A stretch of DNA of 64,000 nt, taken from the NCBI GenBank assembly GCA_036231405.1, contig JAZAHK010000046.1:160001-224000 (forward strand), in the 5' to 3' direction. Shown here in pieces: positions 20,887 through 32,117 of the stretch; positions within the stretch are counted from its first letter, which is position 1; every line of letters begins with the position of its first letter. A model generated the notes under the pieces. That model did not search any database and was not told the origin of the DNA. It saw only the letters and a list, made by a program, of their open reading frames with translations. The DNA comes from Nitrospinota bacterium (GTDB lineage: Bacteria > UBA8248). The position numbers were made by a program, and so were the translations under genes.

Positions 20887-21171
20887 GTGAGAGAAAAGAT
20901 AAATTTTGGATTAGTCACAATATGTATTTTTACTCTGTCAATGGGGGTAACTACTCTTCTTTGGTCTCATTTGGAAACCGTTAAGGTAGGCTATAGGATT
21001 TCTCGACTTGAAAAAAGAAAGAGTTATTTGGATGAAGAACGTAAAGCCCTTGAAGTGGAGAAGTTGAGTTTAAGTGACCTCAGTCGTATAGAAAAGATTT
21101 CTCGAGAAAAATTGACAATGATTTTTCCTAAAAATGAACAGATATTATTTGTCATCGTAACTAAGCAATGA
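20887..21171 (+). CDS. ftsL: cell division protein FtsL
   Basis: Short TM + coiled coil (RIEKISREKLTMIFP); lies between rsmH and ftsI. Confidence 0.8.
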   Translation: MREKINFGLVTICIFTLSMGVTTLLWSHLETVKVGYRISRLEKRKSYLDEERKALEVEKLSLSDLSRIEKISREKLTMIFPKNEQILFVIVTKQ

Positions 21172-22976
21172 ACGAAATCTCTGCTGCCCATTCAGGAAAG
21201 ACCCCTGTGCGTACTATCCTTGAAAGAAGATTGATTGTTTGCATATTTATAGTTTCTATTGGTTTCGTAGCGGTTGGAACTAAACTCTTGAAAATACAAT
21301 TTGTTGATCGTAAAACTTTAGAATCAGTAGGGAAAAAACAGTTACATAAGACAATTACTATAAAAACTAGTAGAGGGAAAATTCAAGACAGCGGTAGGGA
21401 TATTTTAGCGATAAGTTTAAAATCTCCTTCTCTTTACGCAGACACTTCGAAAATTCAAAATATTTCTTTTGCTTCCACGAGCGTATCCCGAATTTTAAAA
21501 ATATCAGAATTAAAATTAAATGAAAGATTATCGAGAGCAAACAGATATGTTTTGCTTGGAAGAAAATTGAATCCTGAACAAAAAGAAAAGATAGAGAAAT
21601 TGGATATAGATGGTCTAAATTTCGAAATGGAGAGCAAAAGATTCTATCCAAGGAGAGAACTTGCCTCGTCACTGTTAGGTTTCGTGGGTGTAGATAATGT
21701 TGGCCTTTATGGACTTGAACAGTCTCTGAATAGATACTTGGAGGGTTTAACTCGTAAAATTTTAATTCATAGGGACGCTAAAAGAAGAAGGATTAACTCT
21801 AATCCTTCTAGAATTAACTTCCCCTTTTTCTCTTCAGATAAAAATATTATTTCTAAACAGACGAGACGTGGATTTGATGTAACTTTAACGATTGATGCAA
21901 ATATTCAATATTTTCTTGAAGAAGAATTATCAAGACAGTTTAAAAGAGCTAAATCAAAAAAGGCAATAGGGATTATGATCGAGGTAAAGACTGGTCATAT
22001 AATTGGACTGGCTTCGATACCAAGATTTAATCCTAATATGTATAGTCGCTCAAACTCAGAAAGTTGGCGTGAATCGGCAATTCAGGATATTTATGAACCA
22101 GGTTCAACTTTCAAATTGATTACTGCTGCTGCATATCTCGAACAAGGCGGCAAAAAAAAAGAAATATTCGATGCAGAGGGCGGAAAATTTATAGTTCAAA
22201 ACACCTCTAAAATACTTCGAGATCATAAAAAATTTGGAAAAATTTCTATGGAAGATGTAATAGTTAACTCTTCAAATATTGGAACTTATAAAATTGCAAA
22301 AAAAGTTGGTCCGAAATTATTATATCAAACAGCTAGGCGTTTTGGTTTTGGTAGTCGAACTGGTTTGAATTTTCCTGGTGAGGCTTTTGGGATCTTAAGA
22401 AACCCATCAAAATGGTCAAAACTCTCTTTAGCTTCTATATCTATAGGTCAGGAAATTGGTGTTACTCCTTTACAGATGTTAATGCCAGTTGCGGCTTTAG
22501 CAAATGAAGGGATTATGTGCAAGCCAAGAATTGTCAGCCATATTGAAAAATTTAAAATACACTTTAAAAAGAATGATTCGTGTGAAGGAAAAAGAGTCAT
22601 ATCAAGAAAAACTGCAAAAGTTCTAACTGCTATTATGGGAGAAGTTGTCTCTAGAGGTACGGGGAAGAATGCTCAATTAAAGGGGTATAAAGTTGGTGGT
22701 AAGACCGGAACTGCTCAGAAGAAGAAGTCAGGTGAAAAAAAATACAGCGATTTGGATTATGTAATGTCTTTTGTTGGTTTTGCTCCTCTCAATAATCCAA
22801 AAATAGCTCTGATAATAATTTTTGATGAAGGAACTCTTAAAGGAGGATCTTGGGGCAGTACAGTAGCCGCACCTGTTTGGAAAAGAATAGTTGTCAGAAC
22901 GTTAAGATACCTCCGTATTCCACCTGATGAAGCAAACGTTAAATTTATAAATTTGAATCTAAAAAGAACGTTTTAA
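21168..22976 (+). CDS. ftsI: class B penicillin-binding protein
   Basis: RG-I-D, RFYP, GLYGLE, EPGSTFK (SxxK), SSN, KTGTAQ. Confidence 0.93.
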   Translation: MNEISAAHSGKTPVRTILERRLIVCIFIVSIGFVAVGTKLLKIQFVDRKTLESVGKKQLHKTITIKTSRGKIQDSGRDILAISLKSPSLYADTSKIQNISFASTSVSRILKISELKLNERLSRANRYVLLGRKLNPEQKEKIEKLDIDGLNFEMESKRFYPRRELASSLLGFVGVDNVGLYGLEQSLNRYLEGLTRKILIHRDAKRRRINSNPSRINFPFFSSDKNIISKQTRRGFDVTLTIDANIQYFLEEELSRQFKRAKSKKAIGIMIEVKTGHIIGLASIPRFNPNMYSRSNSESWRESAIQDIYEPGSTFKLITAAAYLEQGGKKKEIFDAEGGKFIVQNTSKILRDHKKFGKISMEDVIVNSSNIGTYKIAKKVGPKLLYQTARRFGFGSRTGLNFPGEAFGILRNPSKWSKLSLASISIGQEIGVTPLQMLMPVAALANEGIMCKPRIVSHIEKFKIHFKKNDSCEGKRVISRKTAKVLTAIMGEVVSRGTGKNAQLKGYKVGGKTGTAQKKKSGEKKYSDLDYVMSFVGFAPLNNPKIALIIIFDEGTLKGGSWGSTVAAPVWKRIVVRTLRYLRIPPDEANVKFINLNLKRTF

Positions 22977-23007
22977 AAATTTTTTCTTTCCTTTGATGAG
23001 ATTAATT

Positions 23008-24501
23008 ATGGAAAAAGAAGAAAATTATATAACTCTAATGGATCTATCTGACGAACTCACTTTCAAAGATTTTACTGGAGTAAAAAATACAAAGGTTTCG
23101 GGGATTTCTTATGATTCCAGAAATATAAAGTCTGGGAATATTTTTGTTGCGATTAAGGGGTTCAAGAAGGATGGGCATAGATATGTTGAAAAAGCGATTA
23201 AATCTGGGGCTTCAACGATAATATTAGAAAGCCCTATCCCCGGACTTGGCGGCTTTGATGCTTGTTTCGTAGTCGATTCTGGTCGGAGAGCATTGGCGGA
23301 ACTAAGTTCGAGTTTTTTCAATCATCCTTCCGAGAAATTTAATTTGTTTGGTGTGACTGGCACGAATGGGAAAACAACTACAGTTTTCTTGTTAGATTGG
23401 ATTTTAAATAGTATTGGCAGAAATTCAGGGATGTTAGGAACGATTTATTGCCGCGTCGGAGATGAAATAATTTCTAATGATAGGACCACTCCGGAGTCCT
23501 CTGATTTACAAAATCTTTTCTTTTTAATGGCAGAAAAAAAAGTCAGTGATGTATGTATGGAGGTTTCTAGTCACAGTCTGGAACTAGACAGAGTGTATGG
23601 TTGTAATTTTAATGTTGCACTTTTTACAAACTTGTCACAGGACCATCTCGATTTTCACGGTGATATGAGTTCATATTTTGCGAGTAAAATGAAACTTTTT
23701 GATGAATATAATCCTGATAAGATAGTCGTGAACATTGACGATAAATACGGAAGGAAGATTTATGAACAATCTAAACTTCAGAAATGGTCATATGGACTGT
23801 CTGAAAAAGCAGATGTCCGAGCTGAAGATATTTGCAATACGAAAAACGGTTTGTCCTTCAATTTAAAATATCCTAATGGGTCATCAAAAATTCAGTGTTC
23901 TTTGATAGGAGCACATAATCTTATGAACATTCTTGCAGCTTCCGCAGCTTCTCTTTCGACTGGGATTTCTGCAGAAGAAATAGCTGTCTCTATGCAAAAA
24001 TTCAAGTCGGTTCCTGGACGGTTTGAGAAAATCGATATGGGGCAGCCATTTTTGGTAGTTGTAGATTATGCCCATACACAAGATGCTTTATCGAGGATTA
24101 TTAAATTTTCTCGTCCCATAACTCAAGGACGTATATTGACTTTAATGGGTTGCGGGGGGGATAGAGATCGAACAAAAAGACCACTTATGTGTGCTGAAGC
24201 ACTGAGAGGAAGCGATGTCGTCGTACTAACGACTGACAATCCACGGAATGAAGTTCCAGAAGAGATTATTCGTGAAGTTAGTAGAGGGAAGGGGTTAGTT
24301 CCCGGATCTGATGACCGTTGTTTCGAAATTGTTGATAGAAAGGAAGCGATTCAATTTATTATTTCGAATGCAAAAGAAGGTGACACAGTTTTGATTACAG
24401 GGAAAGGTCACGAAACATATCAGATGATTGAGGAAAAGAGGTTTCCGTTTGATGATCGTGATGAAGCACGTTTTGTACTGGAATCGTTGGGTTATAAATG
24501 A
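23008..24501 (+). CDS. murE: UDP-MurNAc-tripeptide ligase (meso-DAP type)
   Basis: GVTGTNGKTT, MEVSSH, DHLDFH, DYAHT, GCGGDRD, DNPR, GKGHE. Confidence 0.96.
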   Translation: MEKEENYITLMDLSDELTFKDFTGVKNTKVSGISYDSRNIKSGNIFVAIKGFKKDGHRYVEKAIKSGASTIILESPIPGLGGFDACFVVDSGRRALAELSSSFFNHPSEKFNLFGVTGTNGKTTTVFLLDWILNSIGRNSGMLGTIYCRVGDEIISNDRTTPESSDLQNLFFLMAEKKVSDVCMEVSSHSLELDRVYGCNFNVALFTNLSQDHLDFHGDMSSYFASKMKLFDEYNPDKIVVNIDDKYGRKIYEQSKLQKWSYGLSEKADVRAEDICNTKNGLSFNLKYPNGSSKIQCSLIGAHNLMNILAASAASLSTGISAEEIAVSMQKFKSVPGRFEKIDMGQPFLVVVDYAHTQDALSRIIKFSRPITQGRILTLMGCGGDRDRTKRPLMCAEALRGSDVVVLTTDNPRNEVPEEIIREVSRGKGLVPGSDDRCFEIVDRKEAIQFIISNAKEGDTVLITGKGHETYQMIEEKRFPFDDRDEARFVLESLGYK

Positions 24502-25922
24502 ATTCGAATTTAAAAGGTCAAATTTTTACGGTCAAAGAAGTTATTTCTGCAGTTGATGGCAATATTTTAATGGGAGACAGCTCAATTAAAATATATGGAG
24601 TAAGTACTGATACAAGAAAGATTAATTCAGGAGATCTCTTTATAGCTCTAAAGGGGGAAAACTTTGATGGAAATTCTTTCTTAGAGGAAGCTGATCGTAA
24701 GGGTGCTAGTGCCTTGGTTACAAGTTTGGATTCTCCATTGTCGAGAGAATTTAATGGTGCTGTGATTCAAGTAAGAGACTGTTTAAAAGCTTATGGAGAC
24801 CTCGCCAGATTTTATCGCCTTAGGTTTGAACTTCCTGTAGTTTGCATCACTGGAAGTAATGGGAAGACTTCCACTAAGGAGATGCTTTTTTCAATTTTGA
24901 ATCAGAAAAACAAAGTTTTGAAAACTGAGGGAAATTTAAATAATTTAATTGGTTTGCCTATGCAACTTCTTAATTTAAAGAGTGAGCACGAGAAAGCAGT
25001 TTTTGAAATTGGTATGAATAGACCTGGAGAAATTGGTCGCCTGTCTGAAATTGCAGTTCCACACTTGGGAGTAATAACAAATATCGCCCGAGCTCATCTA
25101 GAGAGATTACATACAGTAGCGTCTGTTCGTGATGCCAAAGGAGAAATGATAGACAGGATTTCCGAAGATGGCTTCATGATTTTCTATGGTGATGATGCTC
25201 ATAGTACTTTCTATACGGAAAAATCAAAGAATCGAGGCTTGCAAGTTCTTACATTTGGTTCCTCTAAGAGAAATAATATTTTTTTTAAAGATGTTGTTTT
25301 TCCATATAAAAATGGCACGAAATTTAATATTTTTATGAATGGAGAAAAAAAGAGCGTATGGACTCCTCAGTTTGGATACCATAATGTCCTCAATGCAGTT
25401 GCTGCAGCCACTGCTGCTAGTTGTTTGGGATCATCGCTAGAAGAAATTATTGAAGGTCTAAGAAAAGCCGAAAGTTTGCCAATGAGGATGACAGTAAAAG
25501 CTATCCCTAATGCTAAAGGCTCATTTTTGATAGATGATTCATATAATGCAAATCCAGATTCTATGCTTTCCTCATTTAAGACAGCTATGATTTTGAAAGG
25601 ACAGGCAAAATTATTTGTTGTCTTCGGCGACATGAGTGAATTAGGAGAAAGCGAATTTGAATTGCACTCAAGCTTAATTCGAGATTTACAGAGAATTAGC
25701 ATTGATAGTCAATGTGTTTTTATCTTTGTTGGTATAATCATGTCTGCAGCAGTAGAAGAAATTAAGAGTTATTCTAACTTGGAGGATAACGTACAGAGTT
25801 TTGAATTCTTTGAAGAAGCACTTTCATGGTTTTATGAGAATTTCAGTAATGGCGATTGGGTTCTAGTAAAAGGTTCGCGACTAAGTCGTATGGAACGTTT
25901 CTCAGAGGAGATATTGAATTAA
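24498..25922 (+). CDS. murF: UDP-MurNAc-tripeptide--D-Ala-D-Ala ligase
   Basis: ITGSNGKTSTKE, NNLIG, DSYNANP, GDMSELG, LVKGSR. Confidence 0.95.
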   Translation: MNSNLKGQIFTVKEVISAVDGNILMGDSSIKIYGVSTDTRKINSGDLFIALKGENFDGNSFLEEADRKGASALVTSLDSPLSREFNGAVIQVRDCLKAYGDLARFYRLRFELPVVCITGSNGKTSTKEMLFSILNQKNKVLKTEGNLNNLIGLPMQLLNLKSEHEKAVFEIGMNRPGEIGRLSEIAVPHLGVITNIARAHLERLHTVASVRDAKGEMIDRISEDGFMIFYGDDAHSTFYTEKSKNRGLQVLTFGSSKRNNIFFKDVVFPYKNGTKFNIFMNGEKKSVWTPQFGYHNVLNAVAAATAASCLGSSLEEIIEGLRKAESLPMRMTVKAIPNAKGSFLIDDSYNANPDSMLSSFKTAMILKGQAKLFVVFGDMSELGESEFELHSSLIRDLQRISIDSQCVFIFVGIIMSAAVEEIKSYSNLEDNVQSFEFFEEALSWFYENFSNGDWVLVKGSRLSRMERFSEEILN

Positions 25923-27007
25923 TGTTATATAAGTCTTTTTTACTAGCAAGTAATGATTATGCATTTTTAAATGTTTTTAAATACATAACCTTTAGAACAG
26001 GTCTTGCAGTTTTTTTAGGTTTTTTAATTTCTTTCCTTCTCACTCCTCCATTTATCCGTTTTTTACAAAGAAGACAAATTGGGGAGGAAATTAGACAGGA
26101 TGGACCTCAGTCACATAAGTCTAAAAGTGGGACTCCGACTATGGGAGGATTCATTATTCTAGTTTCAATTCTGCTTTCAACTTTACTACTGAACGATTTG
26201 TCTAATAGGTATGTCCTTCTTTCCATTTTTGTTCTGTTGACTTTCGGTTTTTTGGGATTGTTTGATGACTATAAAAAAGTAATTAAGAAAGATTCGAATG
26301 GCCTGACTGCTGGGAAAAAATTTTCCTGCCAATTTTTAATTGGCCTTATTGTAGGATTAATGCTTTATAACGGATTTGTTTCTATCGATTTTAAAACAGT
26401 CGTTATGTTCCCGTTTTTCAAAGGCTTCCTGCCTCAACTCGGGCTATTCTTTATTCCATATGCAGCCATTGTCATCGTTGCTACTAGTAATGCCGTTAAT
26501 CTTACTGATGGTCTTGACGGTTTAGCAATAGGACCTTTGTTGATAGCCGCAGTTGCTTATCTTATTTTTAGTTATGTAGCGGGACATGCAGAAATTTCTA
26601 AATATTTACTCGTTCAACATGTTAGAGGTGCGGGTGAGTTAACTATCCTATGTGGCACGATTTTTGGTGCAGGACTGGGATTTCTTTGGTTTAATGCTCA
26701 TCCTGCCCAAATTTTTATGGGGGACGTGGGCTCTCTTTCTCTAGGCTCAATTCTAGGAGTCATAGCTCTTTGTATTAAGCAAGAAATTTTGCTTTTTTTT
26801 GTTTGTGGACTTTTTGTTATAGAAGTTTTATCTGTTTTAATCCAAGTTGTTTCATTTAAGCTTACAGGAAAGCGTGTATTCAAAATGGCACCTCTTCACC
26901 ATCATTTTGAAGAACTGAATTGGCCTGAATCCAGGATCACAGTTCGTTTCTGGATTATTGCGTTTATTTTAGCTCTTCTAAGTCTTGTTACTCTTAAGTT
27001 GAGATAG
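25922..27007 (+). CDS. mraY: phospho-MurNAc-pentapeptide transferase
   Basis: KSGTPTMGG, DDY, NAVNLTDGLDGL, FMGDVG, MAPLHHHFE; TAATG overlap with murF. Confidence 0.97.
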   Translation: MLYKSFLLASNDYAFLNVFKYITFRTGLAVFLGFLISFLLTPPFIRFLQRRQIGEEIRQDGPQSHKSKSGTPTMGGFIILVSILLSTLLLNDLSNRYVLLSIFVLLTFGFLGLFDDYKKVIKKDSNGLTAGKKFSCQFLIGLIVGLMLYNGFVSIDFKTVVMFPFFKGFLPQLGLFFIPYAAIVIVATSNAVNLTDGLDGLAIGPLLIAAVAYLIFSYVAGHAEISKYLLVQHVRGAGELTILCGTIFGAGLGFLWFNAHPAQIFMGDVGSLSLGSILGVIALCIKQEILLFFVCGLFVIEVLSVLIQVVSFKLTGKRVFKMAPLHHHFEELNWPESRITVRFWIIAFILALLSLVTLKLR

Positions 27008-27011
27008 GACT

Positions 27012-28379
27012 ATGGGTGAACAGAAAGTTAATTTTTTGCTAGAACTCAAGGGGAAAAGAGTTGTTGTTATGGGAATGGGTGTAACTGGAAGGGCGGTTGC
27101 CAAATTTTTAAAAGGAAAATGTAGAGAACTAATTCTTACAGATAGTCAAAAGGTAGATGGTTTTGACTCAGGAAATATACAGGTTGAGTTTGAAGGTCAC
27201 AGGAAAGAAACTTTTGAAAATTGTGATCTTCTTATTGTTAGTCCAGGTATTCCTTCAAAAAACTTTTTTATAGACACAGCCCTTTCAACTGGGGCAGAAG
27301 TCATTAGTGAAGTCGAGTTTGCTTGGAAACTATCTGATGTTCCTCTTATTTCAATTACAGGTACAAATGGCAAGACTACGACTCTAACGTTGCTTGCAGA
27401 AATCCTTGAAAATAGTGGTTTTAAAATTTCCGTAGGAGGGAATATCGGTAGACCATTGATTGATGTGGTCCAAAATCAGACCAATGATTTAGATTTCATT
27501 TTAAGTGAGATAAGTAGTTTTCAACTCGAATTGTCCCCTAGTATTCGTCCGCATCTTTCAATGATTACGAATGTTACACACGATCATATTGGAAGGCATA
27601 AATCTATTGAGGATTATTTGGCGGTTAAAACAAAGTTGTTATCTAATCAGAAAAAGTGTGATGTGAAAGTAATTAATGTCGATGATCCAATGACGAGATA
27701 TCTTGAGTTTGAGGGCATTCAGAAAACCCTTTCTTTCAGTAGAAAAAAGAAGGTCCAGAGAGGTGCTTTTGTAAAGGATGAAAAAATATTCGTAGCGTTA
27801 AAAGATAGAATTAAGGAAGTATGTAGTGTGGCAGAAATGAATCTGAAAGGGCTTCACAATCTAGAGAACTTTTTGGGTGCTTGCACAGCAGGTTTTTTCT
27901 TAGGGGCTGACCTCGTTGCAATCAGACAAACTGCCACAAGTTTTCAAGGTCTTCCTCATCGTATGGAATTAATTTCAGAAGAAGACGGAATTACATGGAT
28001 CAATGATTCAAAAGCTACGAATGTGGGCGCTACGAAAATGAGTATTTTGAGTTTTGAAAGAGATATTTTTTTGATTGCAGGAGGGTTTGACAAGAACAGT
28101 GAACTGGAATTTATTTTGCCTGCGGTGAAATCTAGAGTCAAAAAAATGTTTCTGATTGGTGAAGCTGCAAAAAGATTTTATGAATTTTTTAAAAATGAAG
28201 TTGAGACGGAGATAGTCTCTAACTTAGAGACAGCTGTTTCGGTGATCTCGAGTGAAGCAACTTCTGGGCAAGTTGTTTTGTTTTCTCCGGCATGTTCAAG
28301 CTTTGATCAATTTGATGATTATATAGATCGTGGAAATTGTTTTAGAGAATTAGTCCATAGAAGCAAAGAGATTTCGTAA
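27012..28379 (+). CDS. murD: UDP-MurNAc-L-Ala--D-Glu ligase
   Basis: VSPG, ITGTNGKTT, GGNIG, ISSFQLE, NDSKATN, SPACSSFDQF. Confidence 0.96.
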   Translation: MGEQKVNFLLELKGKRVVVMGMGVTGRAVAKFLKGKCRELILTDSQKVDGFDSGNIQVEFEGHRKETFENCDLLIVSPGIPSKNFFIDTALSTGAEVISEVEFAWKLSDVPLISITGTNGKTTTLTLLAEILENSGFKISVGGNIGRPLIDVVQNQTNDLDFILSEISSFQLELSPSIRPHLSMITNVTHDHIGRHKSIEDYLAVKTKLLSNQKKCDVKVINVDDPMTRYLEFEGIQKTLSFSRKKKVQRGAFVKDEKIFVALKDRIKEVCSVAEMNLKGLHNLENFLGACTAGFFLGADLVAIRQTATSFQGLPHRMELISEEDGITWINDSKATNVGATKMSILSFERDIFLIAGGFDKNSELEFILPAVKSRVKKMFLIGEAAKRFYEFFKNEVETEIVSNLETAVSVISSEATSGQVVLFSPACSSFDQFDDYIDRGNCFRELVHRSKEIS

Positions 28380-29561
28380 ATGCAAAGAAAAAGTATGGAT
28401 AGGACAGTTCTATATACAGTGTTATGTCTAAGTGTTCTTGGTTTGATTATGGTTTCCAGCGCTAGCAATATAATCGCATATGAGAAGTATGGAGATTCGT
28501 ATTATTTTATAAAACGACAGGGATTATGGATGTTTTTGGGTTTCATCTCTATGTTCTTTTTTTTCATGCTCGATATAGATAGATTCAGAAATATGTCTTT
28601 ATTTTTTGTCTTTCTGATTTGGATTTTTCTTGCTCTTGTTTTCTTTCCTGGTTTTGGTCGAACAGCAGGTGGAGCTTCTAGATGGATAGGGGTTGGTTCT
28701 TTTACTTTCCAACCCGCAGAGTTTTCTAAAATTGTAATCATTTATCATTTGGCTAATTTACTGAGTAAAAAGAAAAAGATTAAAAATGAGCCTAGGACGG
28801 TTTTTTTACATTTTGTTTTAGTAGTTGGGACAACTTTGGCATTAATACTAGCTCAACCTGATCTAGGAACTGCCTTTCTTATAATAATTGTTGGTGGAAT
28901 CTTATTGTATTTAGCAGGGATTAAATGTTACTATGTGCTCGTTTATGTGCTAGGTACTAGTTTTTTGTGTTCTTTAATGGTTTTCCTTGTACCGTGGCGT
29001 TTTAAACGCATCGTAGCTTTTCTGGATCCTTTTGCAGATCCGCTCGGGATGGGTTACCAACTCATACAATCTCTTTTAGCTATCGCCCGTGGTGGAATTA
29101 CAGGTTTGGGTATAGGTGATAGCAAACAAAAACTTTTTTATCTTCCAGAGCCGCATACAGATTTCATTTTTTCGGTTTTAGGTGAAGAACTCGGATTGAT
29201 CGTGTGTTTCTTTGTCTTGATTCTCTTTTCCATCGTTCTTTTTCGTGGATTTAAGATCGCCTATCATTGTTCTAATAATTTTCAAGCCCTCCTAGCTTTT
29301 GGGACCACACTATTAATCTCAGTTCAGGGTCTTTTAAATATGTCGGTTGCTACTGGTTTAGTCCCTACTACAGGAATCCCTCTTCCAATGATTAGCTTAG
29401 GAGGTTCGTCGATTTTGATAACACTTTCTTCTATAGGAATCTTAATGAATATCAGTTCAAGGAATTCCCTAAGCTCTGATTATGAAAAGTTCGGAATTCC
29501 TAAAAGGGTACAACGAAGTCGAAATATCAAAAATGCCAGGACAAGAAATTTGAGGAGATGA
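28380..29561 (+). CDS. ftsW: peptidoglycan glycosyltransferase FtsW
   Basis: GASRWI, FQPAEFSK, QPDLG, GYQLIQS, LPEPHTDFIF, SLGGSS. Confidence 0.95.
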   Translation: MQRKSMDRTVLYTVLCLSVLGLIMVSSASNIIAYEKYGDSYYFIKRQGLWMFLGFISMFFFFMLDIDRFRNMSLFFVFLIWIFLALVFFPGFGRTAGGASRWIGVGSFTFQPAEFSKIVIIYHLANLLSKKKKIKNEPRTVFLHFVLVVGTTLALILAQPDLGTAFLIIIVGGILLYLAGIKCYYVLVYVLGTSFLCSLMVFLVPWRFKRIVAFLDPFADPLGMGYQLIQSLLAIARGGITGLGIGDSKQKLFYLPEPHTDFIFSVLGEELGLIVCFFVLILFSIVLFRGFKIAYHCSNNFQALLAFGTTLLISVQGLLNMSVATGLVPTTGIPLPMISLGGSSILITLSSIGILMNISSRNSLSSDYEKFGIPKRVQRSRNIKNARTRNLRR

Positions 29562-30664
29562 AATTGCGTTTAATGATTGCCGGTGGAGGAACAGGGGGAC
29601 ATGTTTATCCTGGTGTTGCCGTTGCGCGCACTTGGTTAGATGATTCCGAAGAGAATCAAGTATTATTCGTAGGCCCAAAAAGAGGATTACTTTCGAAAAT
29701 TCTTGAACGTGAGAGACTCCCTTTGAAGAGTATTAAAGCTTCTGGTTTTGTTGGTGTAAAAATAGGAAAAAAAATTCTTTCGATTTTTCAGTTGATACGT
29801 GCATTTTTCGAATCCTTAGAAATCATCAAAGATTTTGATCCTCACGTTGTTTTAGGGGTGGGAGGTTATGCGAGTGTTTCCCCCATACTTGCAGCTTGGC
29901 TGAAAAGAAAGCCTATTGTTCTAATAGAGCAAAATTCAGTTCCTGGTATTGCCAATAGAATTTTATCCCCTTTCGCATCAAAGATTGCATTAGGATTGCC
30001 CTTGCAGAAAGATTTCTTCTCGAAGAGTAAGACCGTTAATACTGGCCTCCCTCTCAGAACTGAATTTGATTCTCGCGGTGAACGTGAAAGGTCTTTTTGG
30101 AATGGACCTTTGAAAATTTTGGTTTTTGGTGGGAGTCAAGGAGCTACTGCTATTAATGATGTTGTTGTCAGGACTTTGCCGCTCCTACATGCATTTTGTG
30201 GCCAATTACAGTTTGTTCATCAGACAGGAGAGGGTGATGTTGATTGGGTTCGTAGTGCATACGAGAAAGAGCAACTAGATGGTGATGTGAGGAGTTTTCT
30301 GTTTGATATAGTTGACAAATATCGTTGGGCTCATTTTGTAATAGCAAGATCGGGTGCTGTAACTGTTGCCGAAATTACGGCGATGGCTCTACCTGCGCTT
30401 TTAATTCCTTTTCCTGGTGCAACACATAGTCACCAAGAAGCGAACGCTAAATTTCTCTCGAACGAAGGGGCTGCAATTGCATTGAAACAAGAAGAATTAG
30501 AACCTCAAGTGCTTTTTTCTATTATTTCAAAACTTATTCTAGATAGAAATATTTTGTATGAAATGTCGAGTAAAACACAAGATTTATTTATCACATGCAG
30601 TAGGATTTCTGTGGCCCAAATTTGTAGAGATTCTACTAGTGTACGAAATAGTCAGGGAATTTAA
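29558..30664 (+). CDS. murG: lipid II N-acetylglucosaminyltransferase
   Basis: GGGTGGHVYP, GGYAS, EQN, GGSQGA, RSGA, HQEANA. Confidence 0.96.
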   Translation: MKLRLMIAGGGTGGHVYPGVAVARTWLDDSEENQVLFVGPKRGLLSKILERERLPLKSIKASGFVGVKIGKKILSIFQLIRAFFESLEIIKDFDPHVVLGVGGYASVSPILAAWLKRKPIVLIEQNSVPGIANRILSPFASKIALGLPLQKDFFSKSKTVNTGLPLRTEFDSRGERERSFWNGPLKILVFGGSQGATAINDVVVRTLPLLHAFCGQLQFVHQTGEGDVDWVRSAYEKEQLDGDVRSFLFDIVDKYRWAHFVIARSGAVTVAEITAMALPALLIPFPGATHSHQEANAKFLSNEGAAIALKQEELEPQVLFSIISKLILDRNILYEMSSKTQDLFITCSRISVAQICRDSTSVRNSQGI

Positions 30665-32086
30665 ATGATTAACGAGCAGGAAATGAATGGTACAAAATTC
30701 CTTCGTTCCATCAAAGTTCACTTTGTTGGAATAGGAGGAACGGGCATGTGTGGTATTGCAGAATTGCTAATTAATTTAAATTATTCAGTGAGTGGTTCCG
30801 ACATATCAATCAATGATGCCATTATCCGTTTGAAAGAGTTGGGGGCTAAATTTGCGGAGGGTCATAATAAGGACAATGTGACTAGTGCAAGTGTCGTAGT
30901 TTATAGTTCTGCAATTAAACCCAATAATGTAGAGTTAGTTGAGGCAAGAAAAAGAAAAATTCCAACAATCCCAAGAGCAGAAATGCTAGGCGAACTAATG
31001 AGGATGAAATACAGTATTGCTATTGCTGGTTCACATGGAAAAACGACAACTACATCGTTGGTAGCTTCTATATTGTATAGGGATTCACTAGATCCAACAT
31101 TTGTGATTGGAGGAAGATTAAATGCGTTTGGATCAAATGCAAGATTAGGAGAAGGAGAATTTCTTGTTGCGGAGGCCGATGAAAGTGATGGAACTTTTCT
31201 TGATTTATCCCCTACCGTTGCTCTTGTTACTAATGTCGACGAGGAACATCTTGATTTTTATGAGAATTATCAAAGTATTAAAGATGCATTTCTACAATTT
31301 GTAAATAAGGTTCCTTTCTATGGCTTCTCAGTACTTTGTTACGATAATCTGGCCATTAGAGAAATCATCCCAAACATCGAAAAAAGGTTTTTCACTTACG
31401 GATTTGATCCCTCATCTGATTATCTTGGTAAAGATTTTCGTTATGTTGGTGAAAAAGGTTTTTTTGATGTTTATCACCTTGGAAGCAGATTAGGCGAGAT
31501 TCAAGTTCCAATGCCGGGGATGCATAATGCGTCTAATGCTTTGGGTGCTGTTGCTTTAGCTATGGAAATAAATATTCCATTTGAATCCGTGAAAATTGGA
31601 TTAGAGGAATTTGAAGGGATTAGTAGAAGGATGGAATTTTTAGGAGAAGTATCTGGAATTTCATTATACGATGATTACGGACACCATCCAGAAGAGATAA
31701 AAGCTACATTGAAAGCTTTGAAAGAGTCATGTCCTGAGAGGAGGATCGTTGTTGTTTTTCAACCCCACAGGTTCTCACGAACACAGCATTTATTAAAATC
31801 TTTCGTGTCCTCATTTGATGATGCGGACTTACTTTTTGTAGCGCCGATATATTCTGCCGGTGAAGCTCCTATTAAAGGGGTAAATTCTTCTGCATTGGTT
31901 AAAGGGATTCATTCTTATGGGCAGAAATTGTGTGTTGAAATCGAAAACTTCAATGATGGGATAGAGAAGCTTTTACGCGTCCTGAGTCGTAATGATTTGT
32001 TCATAACTTTGGGGGCAGGAGATATTTGGAAATTCGGAAAATTATTGAAAGAAAAACTTAAATACGAATTAAATGTTAAAGGATAG
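30665..32086 (+). CDS. murC: UDP-MurNAc--L-Ala ligase
   Basis: HFVGIGGTGM, GSHGKTTT, EADESD, DDYGHHP, FQPHRFSR, LGAG. Confidence 0.97.
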   Translation: MINEQEMNGTKFLRSIKVHFVGIGGTGMCGIAELLINLNYSVSGSDISINDAIIRLKELGAKFAEGHNKDNVTSASVVVYSSAIKPNNVELVEARKRKIPTIPRAEMLGELMRMKYSIAIAGSHGKTTTTSLVASILYRDSLDPTFVIGGRLNAFGSNARLGEGEFLVAEADESDGTFLDLSPTVALVTNVDEEHLDFYENYQSIKDAFLQFVNKVPFYGFSVLCYDNLAIREIIPNIEKRFFTYGFDPSSDYLGKDFRYVGEKGFFDVYHLGSRLGEIQVPMPGMHNASNALGAVALAMEINIPFESVKIGLEEFEGISRRMEFLGEVSGISLYDDYGHHPEEIKATLKALKESCPERRIVVVFQPHRFSRTQHLLKSFVSSFDDADLLFVAPIYSAGEAPIKGVNSSALVKGIHSYGQKLCVEIENFNDGIEKLLRVLSRNDLFITLGAGDIWKFGKLLKEKLKYELNVKG

Positions 32087-32117
32087 TTTTGATTGTCTCT
32101 TATTTGATGGAGAAGAA